Notes: generated from the sequence alone by a model not told the origin. DNA of 64,000 nucleotides from Eubacteriales bacterium (GCA_045659745.1 JAZRCL010000089.1:2252-66251), one strand, 5' to 3'. Counted from the first letter of the stretch, positions 16,612-26,654 are shown. Numbers and translations: made by a program.

Positions 16612-18258
16612 ATGGCAATCACAGGAAAACTATTCCGTAGTATGGTGATTTCCGCCGCAAATACGCTTTATACCAAGAGGGAAGAGGCAAACAACCTCAA
16701 CGTTTTCCCTGTGCCTGACGGAGATACGGGAACGAATATGAGCCTTACCATGAGCACGGTTTCCAAGGTGGAGAATGATCTCTCCGTAGGCGCGTGTGCA
16801 GAAAAGGTTGCAGCCCTCATGCTCCGTTCCGCAAGAGGAAACTCGGGCGCTATACTCTCGCTCTTCTTCAGAGGCTTTGCGAAGTCGCTGAGGGGCAAGG
16901 ACGAGTGTACCGCTGAGGATCTCGTTGCGGCATTCAAGAAGGGTACGTCGGAGGCTTACCGCGCGGTAATGAAGCCTACCGAGGGAACTATCCTGACGGT
17001 TATGCGAGTTGCGTCGGAGAACGTCGCCGAGGCTTACGAGGAAGACAGTAGCCTTGATGTTCATATACTTTTTGAAATGTTCGTAAAGTCTGCAGAGTAT
17101 ACTCTCGCGCAGACTCCCGAAATGCTCCCCGTGCTAAAGCAGGCGGGCGTCGTTGACGCAGGCGGCTTTGGTTTTGTCTGCGTTGCCAAGGGAATGCAGG
17201 ACGCGCTTGAGGGTAGAGCCGTCGAGGTCGAGGAGGAAGAGATCAGCGAGGAGAAGCTGTCGAGCGAGTCGGCTAACTTCTCGGAGTTTGAGACGGGCGA
17301 CATTGAGTTTGGTTACTGTACCGAATGTATCATTGATAAAAATGAGCAGTATCTCGGCGAGGATACGTCGGGTGAGCTTTACGACTTTATAAAGAGCATT
17401 GGTGACAGTGCGGTGTTTGTGGACGATGAGAATATTATCAAGCTCCACATACATACGAACGATCCGGGCGCGGTGCTTACAAAAGCAATTCAATTTGGAA
17501 GTCTTGCCACTGTCAAGATTGAGAATATGAGAAATCAGCACACGGCACTCAAGTCGGGCGCTGACAAAAAGGCGGCCAAGGAAGCCAAGGTTAAGATCGA
17601 GAAGAAGTATGGCTTTGTGAGCGTTTGTATGGGCGAGGGAATAAAGAATATGTTTACCGATATCGGTGTTGATACCGTTATTGAGGGCGGACAGACAATG
17701 AACCCCTCAACGCAGGATATTATCGACGCGGTAATGAAGACTCCCTCGGAGTACGTATTCGTGCTTCCCAATAACAAGAATATCTGTATGGTCGCAAGAC
17801 AGGCGGCTGAAATAGTAAAAAAGAGAAAGGTTATCGTGCTTCCCACGGAGACGGTCGCGCAGGGAATGTCTGCTATGATAGCGTACAACCCCGACGGCGA
17901 GCTTGACTCGGTTGTCGCGGAAATGAAGCACGCAATGTCTATGGTGACCTCCATGTCGGTGACCTATGCCGTCAGAGACACGGAAATAGACAGATTCAAG
18001 ATTTCCAAGGGACAGTTCCTTGGTCTTGTTGAAAACAAGATCGCGTGCGTGACTGACACAAGCCAGTCTTGTATGAGACAGCTTATCCGCGGAATGACGG
18101 GCGCGTCGTTCGTCACCGTATTCTACGGCAAGAACGTGTCCGAGTCGGAGGCGTCATATATAGGACGACTTATCTCCGATAAGGTCGGCGGCGGATGTGA
18201 GGTCGCAGTCCTTGAGGGTGGACAGCCTATTTACGATTATATAATATCGGTTGAATAA
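16612..18258 (+). CDS. DAK2 domain fusion protein YloV / fatty acid kinase FakA-like
   Basis: 548 aa. The N-terminal Dak2 domain carries NVFPVPDGDTGTNM and ARGNSG. The length and architecture match FakA/YloV. Confidence 0.85.
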   Translation: MAITGKLFRSMVISAANTLYTKREEANNLNVFPVPDGDTGTNMSLTMSTVSKVENDLSVGACAEKVAALMLRSARGNSGAILSLFFRGFAKSLRGKDECTAEDLVAAFKKGTSEAYRAVMKPTEGTILTVMRVASENVAEAYEEDSSLDVHILFEMFVKSAEYTLAQTPEMLPVLKQAGVVDAGGFGFVCVAKGMQDALEGRAVEVEEEEISEEKLSSESANFSEFETGDIEFGYCTECIIDKNEQYLGEDTSGELYDFIKSIGDSAVFVDDENIIKLHIHTNDPGAVLTKAIQFGSLATVKIENMRNQHTALKSGADKKAAKEAKVKIEKKYGFVSVCMGEGIKNMFTDIGVDTVIEGGQTMNPSTQDIIDAVMKTPSEYVFVLPNNKNICMVARQAAEIVKKRKVIVLPTETVAQGMSAMIAYNPDGELDSVVAEMKHAMSMVTSMSVTYAVRDTEIDRFKISKGQFLGLVENKIACVTDTSQSCMRQLIRGMTGASFVTVFYGKNVSESEASYIGRLISDKVGGGCEVAVLEGGQPIYDYIISVE

Positions 18259-18269
18259 TAAAACAAAAA

Positions 18270-18298
18270 TACGGCGGCAGTGCCGCCGGGTTTTTTTA
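18270..18298. terminator. Terminator between fakA-like gene and the convergent ADH gene
   Basis: GC stem cggcggc/gccgccg followed by TTTTTTT. Confidence 0.8.
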
Positions 18299-18307
18299 TG
18301 TGCTTTA

Positions 18308-19525
18308 TCAGAAATCAACTTCTGTGTCGTAGTAGCAGCACTTAAGAAGCTTTTCCATTTCTTCAACGGAAATTGCTCTGGGGTTAGAGCCTGTGCAAGC
18401 GTCTGCAACTGCGTTCTTTGCAATTTCGGGAAGTCTCTGGAGGAATACTTCCTCGGGAACGAAGCCCTGCTCGCAAGGATAGCTGTCTGCGCCGTAGTGC
18501 TTGATACACTGAGGAATGTTGAGCGCGTCGTTCATGCCACGGAGGAATGCGATGAGGTTTGCAACCTTTTCGTCGTCATTTGCGCCGCCAAGTCCCATGT
18601 AATCAGCGATAACGCCGTATCTTGCCTTAGCTAAGGGATCCTTTGCGTTAAACGCGATAACCTTAGGAAGGTACATAGCGTTAGCCGCACCGTGAATGAT
18701 GTGAGCTCCGTAGTCAGCGAATATTGCGCCGGTCTTGTGAGCCATAGAGTGAACGATACCGAGAAGAGCGTTGGAGAACGCCATACCTGCAAGGCACTGT
18801 GCGTTATGCATGGAAGCACGCTTGGTCATATCTCCGTTGTAAGAGTCAACGAGGTCCTTCTGGATCATCGTGATAGCGAAAATAGCGAGAGGATCGGTGT
18901 ACTCGCAGTTGCAGGTGGAAACATACGCCTCAACTGCATGAGTCATAGCGTCCATACCTGTGTGAGCAACCAGCTTCTTAGGCATTGTCTCAGCAAGCTC
19001 GGGATCAACGATAGCAACGTCGGGAGTGATCTCAAAGTCTGCAAGAGGATACTTGATACCCTTGTCGTAGTCTGTAATTACAGAGAAAGCTGTAACCTCG
19101 GTAGCAGTACCGGATGTAGAGGGGATAGCTACAAACTTAGCCTTCTTACGAAGCTCGGGAATACCGAAAACAACGCACATCTCCTCGAAGGTGATCTCGG
19201 GATACTCGTACTTGATCCACATAGCCTTAGCAGCGTCGATAGGCGAACCGCCGCCCATAGCAACGATCCAGTCGGGCTGGAATTCAGCCATAACTGCTGC
19301 GCCGTTCATAACTGTGGTAACGGAGGGGTCGGGCTCAACGCCTTCAATGATCTTAACCTCCATGCCTGCTTCCTTAAGGTAGCTCTCTGCCTTCTGGAGG
19401 AAGCCGTTCTTCTTCATTGCGCTTCCGCCAACAACGATAACAGCCTTGCTACCCTTAAGATTCTTAAGATTTTCCATTGCGCCCTTGCCGTGATAAAGGT
19501 CGCGTGGGAGTGTAAATCTTGCCAT
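18308..19525 (-). CDS. Iron-containing (group III) alcohol dehydrogenase
   Basis: 405 aa. It has the GGGSPID motif and the metal-binding histidine blocks HTGMDAMTHAVEAY and HSMAHKTG. Confidence 0.9.
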   Translation of the reverse strand: MARFTLPRDLYHGKGAMENLKNLKGSKAVIVVGGSAMKKNGFLQKAESYLKEAGMEVKIIEGVEPDPSVTTVMNGAAVMAEFQPDWIVAMGGGSPIDAAKAMWIKYEYPEITFEEMCVVFGIPELRKKAKFVAIPSTSGTATEVTAFSVITDYDKGIKYPLADFEITPDVAIVDPELAETMPKKLVAHTGMDAMTHAVEAYVSTCNCEYTDPLAIFAITMIQKDLVDSYNGDMTKRASMHNAQCLAGMAFSNALLGIVHSMAHKTGAIFADYGAHIIHGAANAMYLPKVIAFNAKDPLAKARYGVIADYMGLGGANDDEKVANLIAFLRGMNDALNIPQCIKHYGADSYPCEQGFVPEEVFLQRLPEIAKNAVADACTGSNPRAISVEEMEKLLKCCYYDTEVDF

Positions 19526-19565
19526 TTTTTATTTCTCCTTTTTAATTATATTTTTTAGCGTGTAC

Positions 19566-19594
19566 ATTATAACATATCTTGAATTGCTTTTCAA
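19566..19594 (-). promoter_or_regulatory. Sigma-A-type promoter for the ADH gene
   Basis: On the minus strand: TTGAAA (19594-19589), 17 nt, TATAAT (19571-19566). Confidence 0.6.
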
Positions 19595-19599
19595 GATGG

Positions 19600-19617
19600 T
19601 TGTTAAAAAATTCACAA
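19600..19617. promoter_or_regulatory. Candidate Rex (redox repressor) operator
   Basis: TTGTTAA-AAAA-TTCACAA is an 18-bp inverted repeat matching both published Rex half-site variants. It lies immediately upstream of the ADH -35. Confidence 0.55.
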
Positions 19618-19747
19618 TATGAAATCAAAATCGGCATAATCACTAAATACTCTATAAATTTTTTTGGGCATATATGCCAAGTTGATTTAAGGATGTGAGA
19701 AGAAAATCTTATGCTGTCATTTCGGGATAATTGCTTTGCTTGCACGC

Positions 19748-19784
19748 AAAAACAAGGCAGGGTGAAAACCCTGCCTTGTTTTTA
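19748..19784. terminator. Terminator of the HAD hydrolase gene (bidirectional shape)
   Basis: Stem acaaggcaggg/ccctgccttgt with flanking A-run and T-run, directly after the HAD stop. Confidence 0.8.
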
Positions 19785-20618
19785 TATAAGTCCCAATTTT
19801 ACGAATGCGTTATATATGCCGTCGTCGTTGACGTCGGTAGTGACAAGGTCTGCCAACGCCTTTACGTCGTCCGAGGCATTGCCCATAGCAACGCCGATAT
19901 TGGCAAACTCTATCATCTCAAAGTCGTTGCCGCTATCACCAAACGCGATAGTGTCACACAAAGGCGCGCCGACTATCTCCATGAATTTCTCAATTCCGCT
20001 CGCTTTTGTTATGCCGTCAAAATTGACCTCACCGTAATAGGTCTCGATTTTGCCGTCGGGGGCATTGCCGAGGCTGTATGTCACTACCTTGAAATAATCA
20101 CCGAGAATTTCAGAGATTTCCTTTATTCCAAAAGGAGAATGGTAGTATGCGAGTTTTTCGATATTTGTGTGCGCCTTGGGAGCGTCAGTGATTACGGCAG
20201 CGCCGATAACGCTTTCTATCAGCTCGGTGGAGCTTCCGCGCTCAACCATAAAGCTGCGTATCTTTTCAAGGTCGTCTCGTTCAACGTAAAGCGCATCCTT
20301 GGTCTGCAAGCAGTAGTACATACCTTGACTGTGGAAAAAGTCGATAATAAAGCTCAGCTTGTCAGGGGTGCAGTAGGATGAGAATATCTCCTTACCCTGA
20401 TATTCGAGATAAGCGCCGCAGCAGCACAGAAGTCCGTCAAAATCAGCCGATTTTAACAGCTGGGGGTATATCTGCGACTTCTGTCTGCCTGTTGCGATTA
20501 TTATTTTGTGTCCGTTTTTTTGCGCCGCCTTGAGCGCTGTGACGGTTGACTCGGGGATCTGACCCTCAAAATTTACAAGCGTTCCGTCAACGTCAAGAAA
20601 AATATATTTTGTACTCAT
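19782..20618 (-). CDS. Cof-type HAD-IIB family hydrolase
   Basis: 278 aa. It has the DVDGTL nucleophile motif, TGR, and GDSGNDFEM. Confidence 0.85.
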   Translation of the reverse strand: MSTKYIFLDVDGTLVNFEGQIPESTVTALKAAQKNGHKIIIATGRQKSQIYPQLLKSADFDGLLCCCGAYLEYQGKEIFSSYCTPDKLSFIIDFFHSQGMYYCLQTKDALYVERDDLEKIRSFMVERGSSTELIESVIGAAVITDAPKAHTNIEKLAYYHSPFGIKEISEILGDYFKVVTYSLGNAPDGKIETYYGEVNFDGITKASGIEKFMEIVGAPLCDTIAFGDSGNDFEMIEFANIGVAMGNASDDVKALADLVTTDVNDDGIYNAFVKLGLI

Positions 20619-20738
20619 TTACTCCGTCCTTTTTTGCGGAAAATATCTTACCCGCAAAAGCTTGAATTTTGATTATTTCTACTGAATTATATCAAAATTT
20701 TCTACCAATGTCAAGACAGACGCAGTAATTAGTCCGTA

Positions 20739-21665
20739 TTACTCTTGACTTTCGCTCTGCTCGGACTCAAGCTTTCTTCTGCGGTTGCGCTTTTTTATGG
20801 ACTTAACAAGAATGATAATTCCAAGTGTAATCACGCCGCCCGTGATAGTAAAGGGCAGGCAAGCGACGAATGCTATTGCAAGACCCGAGCAGACGTTCAC
20901 AAACGCATCCCAGCCGCCTTCAAGCGCGCCGAATATTTTTTCTCCAAATGTTTCCTTGACCTCAACGTATTCCTCGACCTCACGGATATTCAGATATACC
21001 GTTGAATATGCGATTTTGCTATCGTAAAGGCGAATCTGCGTCTCGTATGACTCTATCTCCGCAATTACATCGTAAAGCTTATTCTGAATCTCAATAAGAT
21101 AACCGATATTGCCGTAGTCGGTGTACTCCTCGTAAAGCTTGGTAAGAGCTTCTTTTTCCATCTCGAGTACTTCTATGCGGGATTTTATATCATAATATGT
21201 GTTTGTGACCTCGTCGGAGTTGCTTGTGGATGACGTGACCTTGAGTATTTCACCCACGCCGTCGTTGAAGCCGTCAAGATTTTCGGCGGGAATACGAATG
21301 GTGTAGTCTGCATAGCGCGATCCGCCCTTACTGTTTATACCGTTGCCTGAGACCGACGAGCTTTCAATATATCCGCCGAGTCTGTCGCAAAGCTCCTCAA
21401 CAAGAGTTACAGACTCCTCAAAATTCAGCGTCTGCGCGGAAATTCGGACGGTTTTTATGATTTTTCTCTGATATTCCGAGTTATCCTCAAGGCTTGAGCC
21501 AATGTTGACGTCAATAGAATCCGACGTGCCGGGAGCCTCGGGCGCTATTTCCGCGCCGCCCATATAAGCGTCATTTTTAGACGCGGCATTGTCGCAGGAT
21601 GTCATTGAAAGGGCAATAACAACAATCAGTATAAGACTCAATGCTAAAATTCTGAATTTTTTCAT
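20739..21665 (-). CDS. DUF4349-like lipoprotein with coiled coil and C-terminal TM segments
   Basis: I chose the start at 21665 (MKKFRILAL...MTSC lipobox) because it follows the RBS ggaagga. The central region is coiled-coil and the C-terminus is hydrophobic. Confidence 0.7.
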   Translation of the reverse strand: MKKFRILALSLILIVVIALSMTSCDNAASKNDAYMGGAEIAPEAPGTSDSIDVNIGSSLEDNSEYQRKIIKTVRISAQTLNFEESVTLVEELCDRLGGYIESSSVSGNGINSKGGSRYADYTIRIPAENLDGFNDGVGEILKVTSSTSNSDEVTNTYYDIKSRIEVLEMEKEALTKLYEEYTDYGNIGYLIEIQNKLYDVIAEIESYETQIRLYDSKIAYSTVYLNIREVEEYVEVKETFGEKIFGALEGGWDAFVNVCSGLAIAFVACLPFTITGGVITLGIIILVKSIKKRNRRRKLESEQSESQE

Positions 21666-21683
21666 AACAGTTCCTTCCCGTCG

Positions 21684-21746
21684 CAAAAAGGCGACCTTAT
21701 AAGCAGATTTGCGGAGCTTTTTTGCTCCTCTACTTATAAGGTCGCC
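21684..21746 (-). terminator. Rho-independent terminator of valS
   Basis: A 14-bp outer stem ggcgaccttataag/cttataaggtcgcc encloses an inner ggagc/gctcc hairpin. A T-run follows on the minus strand. Confidence 0.75.
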
Positions 21747-21785
21747 AAATTTTATATTAGGTTACAAATTTTTTGAAAAAATTTT

Positions 21786-24434
21786 TTATCCGAGCTTGGA
21801 GAGTGCCGAGAGCACGCCGTCAAGGTTCTCTCTGTACTTAGCAAGCTTTGCGCGCTCGCCGTCAATAACTGCTGCGGGAGCCTTGGATACAAAGCCCTCG
21901 TTTGCAAGCTTCTTTTCAATTCTCTCTATCTCACCGATAAGCTTTTTGCGCTCGCCCTCAAGTCTTGCCTTTTCCTTTTCAAAGTCAATTATGTCGGAGA
22001 GGGGAAGGTAGATTGTGCAAGCGTCGGTGATTATCTGTACCGCATTGTCTGCAGAAACTTCACTCTCGTCAAACTTATCTGCCACAACAACTTCGGATGC
22101 GGATGCAAGACGGCTGAAGAATACAGCAGACTGCTCACCGAAAATGCTCTGATACTTAGTTTCAATATAAACCTTTGCCTTGCGGGAGGGAACAACGTTC
22201 ATCTCGCTGCGGCGGGTTCTTATAGCCTTTATCGCGTCGATTATCTTGCCCATCTCGTCAGCCTGCTGAGTAAAGCAGAGGCATTCGCAGAATGAGGGAT
22301 ATTCGGAGATCATGATGCTTTCGCAATCGTGGGGAAGGCTCTGATATATCTCCTCGGTGATAAAGGGCATAAAGGGATGGAGGAGCTTGAGTATTCCTGT
22401 GAGAACGTAAGAGATAACGTTCTGACAGATAAGATTTGCCTCGGTCTCCTTGTCGTTAAGTCTTGCCTTTGCAAGCTCGATATACCAGTCACAGAAGATA
22501 TCCCAAGCAAAGTCATAGATAGCCGAGAGAGCAACGCCAACCTCAAACTTGTCAAGCGCGCCGACTACGTTCTCAACGAGCTTGTTGTACTGATCGAGAA
22601 TCCACTTGTCTTCAAGCGCGAGCTTGTCAGCCTCGGGGAGCTTTATCTCGTCAATGGTGAGGTTCATTCTTACGAATCTCGATGCGTTCCAGAGCTTGTT
22701 TGCAAAGTTTCTTGCCGCCTCGATCTTCTCGTCTGAGAATCTCATGTCGTTTCCGGGGGAGTTGCCCGTTGCGAGCGCAAAGCGGAGAGCGTCTGCGCCG
22801 TAGGTCTTTATAACTTCAAGCGGGTCGATACCGTTGCCAAGAGACTTGGACATCTTGCGTCCCTGAGCATCTCTTACAAGACCGTGAATAAATACGGTAG
22901 AGAAGGGCTTTTCTCCCATGTGCTCAAGTCCCGAGAATATCATACGGGAAACCCAGAACGTGATAATATCGTAACCCGTTACGAGCACGCTCGTGGGGTA
23001 ATATTTCTTGAGGTCTTCAGTGGACTCGGGCCAGCCAAGAGTAGAGAAGGGCCAGAGGGCAGACGAGAACCACGTGTCAAGCACGTCGGGGTCCTGACGA
23101 ACCGCTCCGCCACACTTGGGACAGGTGCAGATATCGGTTTTGGAGACAGTCATCTCGCCGCACTCGTCGCAGTAGAACGCAGGAATTCTGTGTCCCCACC
23201 AGAGCTGACGGGAGATACACCAGTCAAGAATGTTGTTCATCCAGTTAAAGTAGTTCTTGGAGAAACGCTCGGGAACAAAATTGATGCTTCCGTCCTCAAC
23301 AGCCTCAATAGCGGGAGCTGCGAGGGGCTTCATCTTAACGAACCACTGGTCGCTGGTGAGAGGCTCAACTGTCGTGCCGCAACGGTAGCAAACGCCAACG
23401 TTGTGGTCGTGAGGCTCAACCTTAACGAGATAGCCCTGCGCTTCAAGATCGGCAACGAGAGCCTTGCGGCATTCGTATCTGTCCATACCCTCGTACTTGC
23501 CCGCGCCTGCGTTCATCGTAGCGTCGTCGTTCATAACCTTGATCTGCTCAAGGTTGTGTCTTTGGCCTACCATGAAGTCGTTGGGGTCGTGTGCAGGGGT
23601 GATCTTAACGCAGCCCGTACCAAAACCGATCTCAACGTAGTCGTCGGCAATAACGGGAATTTCTCTGTTTACTATGGGAAGAAGAAGCTTCTTTCCTATA
23701 AGGTGCTTTGTCTTTTCGTCCTCGGGGTTGACTGCAACTGCGGTATCACCGAACATTGTCTCGGGACGTGTTGTTGCTACCTCGACGTAGCCGTCCTCAC
23801 CGATAATGGGGTACTTGATGTGCCAGAAAAATCCGGGCTGATCCTTGTACTCAACCTCTGCGTCGGAAAGCGCGGTGAGACATCTGGGACACCAGTTTAT
23901 AATACGATGACCGCGGTAGATAAGTCCCTTGTCGTAAAGGTTTACGAACACCTCGCGAACTGCATGGGAGCAGCCATCGTCCATTGTAAATCTCTGACGC
24001 GACCAGTCACACGACGCACCAAGCTTTTTGAGCTGGCTTGTGATGCGAGCCTCGTAAGTGTCCTTCCAGCCCCATACGCGCTCAAGGAATTTCTCACGGC
24101 CGAGGTCATAACGTGTAAGACCCTCGTCAACGCGGAGTCTCTCCTCAACCTTTATCTGTGTAGCAATTCCCGCGTGGTCTGTGCCGGGTACCCAAAGGGT
24201 ATTGTAGCCCTGCATTCTCTTGTAGCGGACGAGAATGTCCTGCAGGGTCTCGTCAAGCGCGTGACCCATGTGAAGCTGACCCGTAACGTTCGGGGGAGGG
24301 ATAACTACGGAAAATGCGGGATTTTCATTCTTCGCGTCGGGTGTAAAATAACCCTTTTCGCACCAATTTGCATAAATTCTGTCCTCAAACTCGGAGGGAG
24401 AATATGTTTTTGGAAGCTCATTGTAAGAATTCAT
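21786..24434 (-). CDS. valS: Valine--tRNA ligase
   Basis: 882 aa. It has [14 protein letters not shown] (HIGH), KMSKSLGN, an editing domain and a C-terminal coiled coil. Confidence 0.97.
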   Translation of the reverse strand: MNSYNELPKTYSPSEFEDRIYANWCEKGYFTPDAKNENPAFSVVIPPPNVTGQLHMGHALDETLQDILVRYKRMQGYNTLWVPGTDHAGIATQIKVEERLRVDEGLTRYDLGREKFLERVWGWKDTYEARITSQLKKLGASCDWSRQRFTMDDGCSHAVREVFVNLYDKGLIYRGHRIINWCPRCLTALSDAEVEYKDQPGFFWHIKYPIIGEDGYVEVATTRPETMFGDTAVAVNPEDEKTKHLIGKKLLLPIVNREIPVIADDYVEIGFGTGCVKITPAHDPNDFMVGQRHNLEQIKVMNDDATMNAGAGKYEGMDRYECRKALVADLEAQGYLVKVEPHDHNVGVCYRCGTTVEPLTSDQWFVKMKPLAAPAIEAVEDGSINFVPERFSKNYFNWMNNILDWCISRQLWWGHRIPAFYCDECGEMTVSKTDICTCPKCGGAVRQDPDVLDTWFSSALWPFSTLGWPESTEDLKKYYPTSVLVTGYDIITFWVSRMIFSGLEHMGEKPFSTVFIHGLVRDAQGRKMSKSLGNGIDPLEVIKTYGADALRFALATGNSPGNDMRFSDEKIEAARNFANKLWNASRFVRMNLTIDEIKLPEADKLALEDKWILDQYNKLVENVVGALDKFEVGVALSAIYDFAWDIFCDWYIELAKARLNDKETEANLICQNVISYVLTGILKLLHPFMPFITEEIYQSLPHDCESIMISEYPSFCECLCFTQQADEMGKIIDAIKAIRTRRSEMNVVPSRKAKVYIETKYQSIFGEQSAVFFSRLASASEVVVADKFDESEVSADNAVQIITDACTIYLPLSDIIDFEKEKARLEGERKKLIGEIERIEKKLANEGFVSKAPAAVIDGERAKLAKYRENLDGVLSALSKLG

Positions 24435-24480
24435 TTTTTAATCTCCTGTATTTTTTGAAATTATTTTTCGATTTTTTGTA

Positions 24481-24655
24481 AAAGTTTTTACGTCGCTTTT
24501 TTCAAAAAGCGACCGCCCATCCAAGGCGCGGAGCGTTGGTCGCCCTCCGCAGATGGCGAAATACCTCTGTCGTTAGAAGCGCCACGGAAGGGGAATGCCA
24601 AGCATTTGGCTTGGCAGGGGGAACCACACAAGTGGGGGGTTCCCCTAAATGTGAT
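24481..24655. repeat. Hairpin-rich insert between the T-box terminator and the valS start; possibly a degenerate relative of the 7108/49150 element
   Basis: Hairpins lie at 24482-24503, 24586-24606 and 24608-24635. The segment gcgccacggaaggggaatg resembles copy B's acgccacttaggaaggggaggatg. Confidence 0.35.
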
Positions 24656-24659
24656 AGAA

Positions 24660-24950
24660 ATAAAAAACGCCCGATATGCACGATGCACATCAGGACGCAA
24701 ATAGCGCGGTACCACCCGAAATTATATTTGTCCAACATTTTAGACGACCGATGGTCGCCCCTACAAATTGGAGCAAATATCTCTCTTATGCTATAACGGA
24801 ACAACCGTCGCAAACTACTTGCAATACTGCTTTCAAATGCGCCGCTCACGGACGACTTCAACTGCTACCCTTGTAGGCTCGCACCGACCGCCCACTCTCT
24901 GCAAAGGACACACAATTTACTACTCCCGCTCAAAGCGTTTTATAAAATTA
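24660..24950 (-). promoter_or_regulatory. T-box riboswitch leader (Val specifier) of valS
   Basis: On the minus strand: AGAGAG..GGTGCGAG stem I elements, GAA-GUC specifier context, an F-box-like CCGTTA, and the T-box AATTTCGGGTGGTACCGCGC (24721-24704). A terminator stem (24698-24668) with TTTTTT follows. Confidence 0.85.
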
Positions 24951-24956
24951 CACTAT

Positions 24957-24985
24957 ATTATAACAAATAAAAATAGGCTTGTCAA
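24957..24985 (-). promoter_or_regulatory. Sigma-A consensus promoter for the valS leader
   Basis: On the minus strand: TTGACA (24985-24980), 17 nt, TATAAT (24962-24957). Confidence 0.7.
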
Positions 24986-24993
24986 TGATTTTT

Positions 24994-25025
24994 CAAAAAA
25001 ATTCTCGGGCAGGATGCCCGAGAAT
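24994..25025 (-). terminator. Terminator of the flavin reductase-rubredoxin gene
   Basis: Stem attctcgggc/gcccgagaat followed by a T-run on the minus strand. Confidence 0.8.
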
Positions 25026-25038
25026 TTAATATTGCGTT

Positions 25039-25641
25039 TTATTCAATCGGTTCAAAATCGGACGCAGGGTGCTTGCAGAGAGGACAGATAAAGTCCTTGG
25101 GGAGCGGGTCGCCCTCGTAAATATATCCGCATATCTTGCACACGTATCCCTTTGTCTTGGGCTTCTGGGGCTTTGGCTTGACGTTTGCATGATAGTAGCT
25201 GTACGTCATAGTCTCGGCTTTGGATATCACCTGAGCGTCAACCACCTTGCAGATAAACATAACGTGCGTGTCAAGGTCGATAAACTTCTCGGTTTCGAGG
25301 GAAATGTACGCGTTTATATATTTTGTCAGATAGCCAAGACCGTTCTTTGAGCGGGGAAGGAACTCGCCACCGAGCTTGTCCGTGTTTCTGCCGCTCTTGA
25401 AACCGAATTTTTCAAAGACGGAAAATGGTGCGTCCACTGTAAGGCAGTTTACGTTCATTTTGCCCGTGTTTTTTACGACCTCGTATGTGTAGTTTGACTT
25501 GTTTATAGTCACTGCAACTCTCGCTGGCGATCCTGTGACCTGCATTATGGAGTTGAGGATACAGCCTGTGTCCTTGACGCCGTCGTTGACGGTCACAACG
25601 TAAAGACCGTAGCCTATTTTGAACAAAGCGGAAAGATCCAT
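25039..25641 (-). CDS. Flavin reductase domain protein fused to a C-terminal rubredoxin
   Basis: 200 aa. The N-terminus is a flavin reductase-like fold (YGLYVVTV). The C-terminus carries CKICGYIY...CPLCKHP, two CxxC pairs as in rubredoxin. Confidence 0.85.
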   Translation of the reverse strand: MDLSALFKIGYGLYVVTVNDGVKDTGCILNSIMQVTGSPARVAVTINKSNYTYEVVKNTGKMNVNCLTVDAPFSVFEKFGFKSGRNTDKLGGEFLPRSKNGLGYLTKYINAYISLETEKFIDLDTHVMFICKVVDAQVISKAETMTYSYYHANVKPKPQKPKTKGYVCKICGYIYEGDPLPKDFICPLCKHPASDFEPIE

Positions 25642-25833
25642 ATATTTGCCTCCTTGGTGTTTGTTGTATTTGTAGTTTTATTATACCATAGAACGCTGGA
25701 GTTTGCAAGAGATTTGGAGATATATATTCAAAAATGTTCGAGGTAGGTGTGTGTTGACAAGATTGGGGAAATATGGTATAATTAAAGTGGAGGATAAGCA
25801 ACATTGAAGCAGGTAAAAAAGAAAGGGGTAAGT

Positions 25834-26550
25834 ATGAAAAGGGGAATAAAAAGAATTGCTGTAGTTATACTGATATTGTTTTTGTTAACTGCTGGCTCCA
25901 TAACGGTATTTGCAGAAGACACGGGTTTTTCGACATCGCCTTTATCCGAAGAAAAAGTTGCTGATATCGTTGAGAATGTAAGCATGACAATGTTTACAGA
26001 AGAACCGCCGAAGCGGAATATACATTGTTTTGACGTTGCAGAAGACGGAACCGTTGCTATTGGTTATAGCAATCTAACAAGTAAAACGATATGTGTTTAT
26101 TCGAGTGATGGTGAGTTTAAATATGGCTATAGTTTTCGAAATGCTGGAAATTTCGGGATTGATATAATCGGTGAATTATTATATGTATGTTCTGTTCGTG
26201 GAGGAGTAGCTATTGCAATTAACTTTGACGGCGAAATAGTAGGCGGTGTTGAAATTCACGAAACACGAGAAAATTCAAGATATTGGCAAAACCATATTTT
26301 CGAAGATAAACGAACTGTTGGAGAAAACGAGTATATTTTAAAAAGAAATAATGAGGTTATATATTTTGAATCTGTGGGCTATTCTCAATTAGTTAAAATT
26401 ACGCCAGACGGTGAAGAAATTGTTATACACAACGCAAAAACTCATCAGCTCATATCTACAATATTTATAATTGTTGGTGTGGTTGTTTTTATTGGAACAG
26501 GTATCACTATTGGTCTTCTGAAAATAAATAAAATTAAGAAAAAAACGTAA
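25834..26550 (+). CDS. Hypothetical secreted protein with C-terminal TM anchor (orphan, AT-rich)
   Basis: I chose the start at 25834 (MKRGIKRIAVV...) because it follows the RBS aagggg. It has a signal peptide, a beta-rich middle region and a C-terminal TM helix with a KKK tail. I recognise no motif. Confidence 0.6.
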   Translation: MKRGIKRIAVVILILFLLTAGSITVFAEDTGFSTSPLSEEKVADIVENVSMTMFTEEPPKRNIHCFDVAEDGTVAIGYSNLTSKTICVYSSDGEFKYGYSFRNAGNFGIDIIGELLYVCSVRGGVAIAINFDGEIVGGVEIHETRENSRYWQNHIFEDKRTVGENEYILKRNNEVIYFESVGYSQLVKITPDGEEIVIHNAKTHQLISTIFIIVGVVVFIGTGITIGLLKINKIKKKT

Positions 26551-26613
26551 AATAGTTGGGCAAGTTTTGTTCGTAATACTGTGGTTTAGCGTATAAAAAC
26601 AAAATGCAAAGTT

Positions 26614-26654
26614 AAGGGCTTTTGAAAAATCCGAAAAATTTTTCAAAAGCCCTT
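26614..26654. repeat. Perfect 17-bp hairpin overlapping the -35 of the tRNA promoter
   Basis: aagggcttttgaaaaat (26614-26630) pairs perfectly with atttttcaaaagccctt (26638-26654). The loop is ccgaaaa. Confidence 0.7.

Noticed and set aside
15711-16622. A 303-aa minus-strand ORF. The 288-aa plus-strand ORF at 18692-19558 is a similar case.
   Set aside because: These are antisense shadows of the DegV and Fe-ADH genes respectively, and neither has a motif or an RBS.
22884-24458. A 524-aa ORF on the plus strand.
   Set aside because: It is entirely antisense to valS, which has HIGH and KMSKS motifs, and it has no recognisable motif of its own. It is a shadow ORF.
24488-24861. Minus-strand ORFs of 75 and 119 aa upstream of valS.
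   Set aside because: They lie within the T-box leader and the hairpin insert, have no RBS, and overlap a demonstrable riboswitch.
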